A stretch of 5,853 bases of DNA from a virus. Taxonomy: Duplodnaviria > Heunggongvirae > Uroviricota > Caudoviricetes. Within the stretch, counting starts at the first letter, position 1. Each line of letters begins with the position of its first letter. The translations under genes and the position numbers were made by a program. The notes under the pieces are model-generated. The model made no database searches. It was not told where the DNA came from and saw only the letters and a program-made list of their open reading frames with translations. The DNA is taken from the IMG/VR virus record IMGVR_UViG_3300012983_001310. The stretch is one strand, 5' to 3'. Shown here one piece after another: positions 5,728 to 5,853 of this stretch.

Positions 5728-5853
5728 AAATTGTAAGCGTACAGCCTGAACCGTCTGGTCAGAATCTGACGAATTAGACAAAGTGGTGTCCACCAAATAA
5801 GTAGTGGGAACCAAAGTGTCAGATATGCAGAAAAATGTGACTCCCGGCAGGCG
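5728..5853 (-). other. H-G junction: either the 3' end of the upstream tail-fibre gene (H-like) or an H-G spacer; frame not resolvable in this window
   Basis: Synteny in P2 (V W J I H G) places tail-fibre gene H immediately upstream of G. Of the three minus frames, the G frame is open to the window edge, a second frame is open to a TAA at 5717..5715 overlapping the G start, and the third stops at TGA 5821..5819. Only 126 nt are available, so the H stop cannot be fixed. Confidence 0.3.

Noticed and set aside
1-5853. tRNA, rRNA, CRISPR array or IS element anywhere in the window
   Set aside because: No cloverleaf-compatible segments, no regularly spaced repeats with unique spacers, and no transposase-like ORF were seen.

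Overview
This window is the late tail-gene block of a P2-like (Peduoviridae) phage or prophage, with every gene I can support on the minus strand. From right to left: the tail-fibre/assembly junction and tail-fibre assembly gene G (5200..5727); a ~1 kb strongly AT-rich cargo island holding one 175-aa ORF (4283..4810) with its own RBS, candidate promoter and intrinsic terminator; tail sheath FI (2794..3984); tail tube FII (2263..2781); tail assembly chaperone E (1931..2206) with a T_TTT_TTG -1 frameshift site giving E+E' (to 1779); and the N-terminal ~595 codons of tape measure T (1786 to the left edge, truncated by the window). The tail proteins are recognised from memory of P2 gpFI/gpFII/gpE/gpT/gpG, not from a search. 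The most interesting element is the AT-rich single-gene island between G and FI, the position of the Z/fun lysogenic-conversion locus in P2. I propose it as a candidate anti-phage or lysogenic-conversion gene; its product has an R-x4-H motif compatible with, but not proof of, a HEPN-type RNase. I cannot tell from memory whether this ORF is P2 Z/fun itself or a different occupant. No tRNA, rRNA, CRISPR array, IS element or integrase is visible.
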